Of a stretch of DNA of 64,000 nucleotides, positions 62,696 to 64,000 are shown one piece after another. The notes under the pieces were generated by a model. The model saw only the letters and a list, made by a program, of their open reading frames with translations, searched no databases and had not been told where the DNA came from. The translations under genes were made by a program, and so were the position numbers. Source of the stretch: Thermoanaerobaculia bacterium (GTDB lineage: Bacteria > Acidobacteriota > Thermoanaerobaculia > UBA5066 > Gp7-AA6); contig JBBRDK010000002.1 in NCBI GenBank assembly GCA_038203955.1, positions 17,424 to 81,423 of the forward strand. Reading direction: 5' to 3'. Every line of letters begins with the position of its first letter. The first letter of the stretch is position 1.

Positions 62696-63181
62696 TTAAG
62701 AGGCCTTCCGGATGACTTTCATCCGGTCGATCTTCTTCTGGAGCGCCATGATCCCGTAGATCAGCGCCTCCGGCCGCGGCGGGCAGCCGGGAACGTACAC
62801 GTCCACCGGGACGATCCGGTCCACCCCCTGGGTGACGGCGTAGGTCCGGTAGGGCCCGCCGCAGGTCGCGCAGGAGCCCATCGCGATGACCCACTTGGGA
62901 TCGGGCATCTGGTCGTAGAGGCGCTTGACGACGGGAGCCATCTTTTCGACGACGGTCCCTGCGACGATCATGAGATCCGACTGCCGTGGCGTTCCCCGGA
63001 ACACCTCGGCGCCGAACCGGGCCAGGTCGTGCCGGGCGTCCATCACCGCCATCATCTCGATCGCGCAGCACGCCAGGCCGAACTGCATCGGCCAAATGGA
63101 GGACCGCCGCGCCCAGTTGATGACGGAGTCGACCGTCGTCGTCAGGACGTTTTCTTCGAATCTGTTGTCGACGAGACCCAT
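62696..63181 (-). CDS. nuoB: NADH-quinone oxidoreductase subunit B (20 kDa)
   Basis: GLACCAIEM...GSCATCGG...PGCPP N2 cluster cysteines. Confidence 0.95.
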   Translation of the reverse strand: MGLVDNRFEENVLTTTVDSVINWARRSSIWPMQFGLACCAIEMMAVMDARHDLARFGAEVFRGTPRQSDLMIVAGTVVEKMAPVVKRLYDQMPDPKWVIAMGSCATCGGPYRTYAVTQGVDRIVPVDVYVPGCPPRPEALIYGIMALQKKIDRMKVIRKAS

Positions 63182-63200
63182 GGGACGGTTCGCCCTTCTG

Positions 63201-63571
63201 CTACGCCCAGTCGAGCGCCTGGCGCTTCCAGACGTAGAAATATCCGACGACGAGAATCACCAGGAAAATCACCATTTCGATCAAACCGAAGAGCCCGAGC
63301 CGGTGGAAGAGGACGGCCCAGGGGAAGAGAAAGATCGTCTCGACGTCGAACACCACGAAGAGGACCGCGATCAAGAAATAGCGGACAGAAAAGCGCGTGT
63401 CGAAAGCGAACGTCGTCGCCGCGATACCGGATTCGTAAGGCTCTAGCTTCGCTGGGTTTGGCCGCCGCGTCTGGATGGCCCGAGCGAGAAAAATCGTAGC
63501 CAGAGGCAGAGCCGCCGCCAGCAGGCCCAGAATCAGAATCGGAAAGTAGTTGGCCACCTGAGCGGTCATTC
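63201..63571 (-). CDS. nuoA: NADH-quinone oxidoreductase subunit A
   Basis: KLEPYESGI...FDVE NuoA signature; ATG is the internal MTAQVANYF. Confidence 0.85.
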
Positions 63572-63591
63572 TATCGGAGGGAAAAAAGGAA

Positions 63592-64000
63592 TCAACCCGC
63601 ATTCCCGGCCGTCTCCGACGCGTCGAGAACGGGAGACGTCAAGCCGCGCGACTGGACGAGCACGGAGATCTCATCGCCCATTCCCTCGGGATCGACGAGC
63701 CGGTACGCGCGCCATCGGGCCGCGTCGTCCGGAGTGAAATCGAAGACGCCCGACTCGACGAGGAAGCGGCCCTGGCGCGAAATGCCTTCGGTCGTCAGCC
63801 CCTCCGCCTCTCCCGCCTCGATCAACAGGTCCCAGTGCACGTGCGCGGTCAGGTCGACCTGCCCCGGCCGCGACAGGGGGTCTCCCCGGCGCAGGCCCGC
63901 AAAATGCACCGCGAGGGTCCCGTGCCGGCGCGCCGTCGCATGGTAGAGGACAGGCGAGCGGTGCCCGTAGTCGAAGGAGACGAGGGACCCGTGGCCGAGC
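63592..64000 (-). CDS. class I SAM-dependent methyltransferase, DUF185/MidA (NDUFAF7-like), C-terminal part (gene continues past the right window edge)
   Basis: C-terminal DUF185 pattern ...VDLTAHVHWDLL...EGISRQGRFLVESG...; the ORF runs to the window edge. Confidence 0.6.
   Translation of the reverse strand, partial: LGHGSLVSFDYGHRSPVLYHATARRHGTLAVHFAGLRRGDPLSRPGQVDLTAHVHWDLLIEAGEAEGLTTEGISRQGRFLVESGVFDFTPDDAARWRAYRLVDPEGMGDEISVLVQSRGLTSPVLDASETAGNAG

Overview
This is a 64 kb stretch of a high-GC (~70%) bacterial chromosome. It is gene-dense, mostly on the minus strand, with many stop/start overlaps of the ATGA or GTGA type. I cannot assign the organism from sequence alone; the gene content (MglA-like GTPase, FHA, SpoIID/SPOR, tandem GT-C glycosyltransferases, an 11-subunit complex I) would fit an Acidobacteriota- or Myxococcota-like lineage. 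The core is housekeeping: pyrB (partial) and pyrR; the phoH / 7TM-HD / ybeY / corC / era block; carA and carB separated by other genes; a type Ibeta DAHP synthase; aroC; argS; a UvrD-family helicase; two ECF sigma / anti-sigma pairs; mce-meaB-acd; atpZ/atpI/atpB/atpE; and an uninterrupted nuoABCDHIJKLMN operon with no nuoEFG, preceded by a partial MidA/NDUFAF7-like methyltransferase gene. The most unusual feature is non-coding. Almost every intergenic spacer longer than about 35 bp holds a tandem array with a 7-nt period. Most arrays carry TGA in every unit, so they place stop codons in all three frames; many are arranged as inverted halves that can fold into hairpins. GC-rich heptamer families also occur inside operons. 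Other notable items are an MglA-like GTPase fused to a long disordered plus coiled-coil tail, a duplicated 75-bp hairpin element upstream of carB, REP-like GC palindromes, two tandem translationally coupled GT-C glycosyltransferase paralogs behind an FHA protein, a NuoL with a His-rich insertion, and an F0 c-subunit with an N-terminal signal-like extension. I found no tRNA, rRNA, CRISPR array or transposase.
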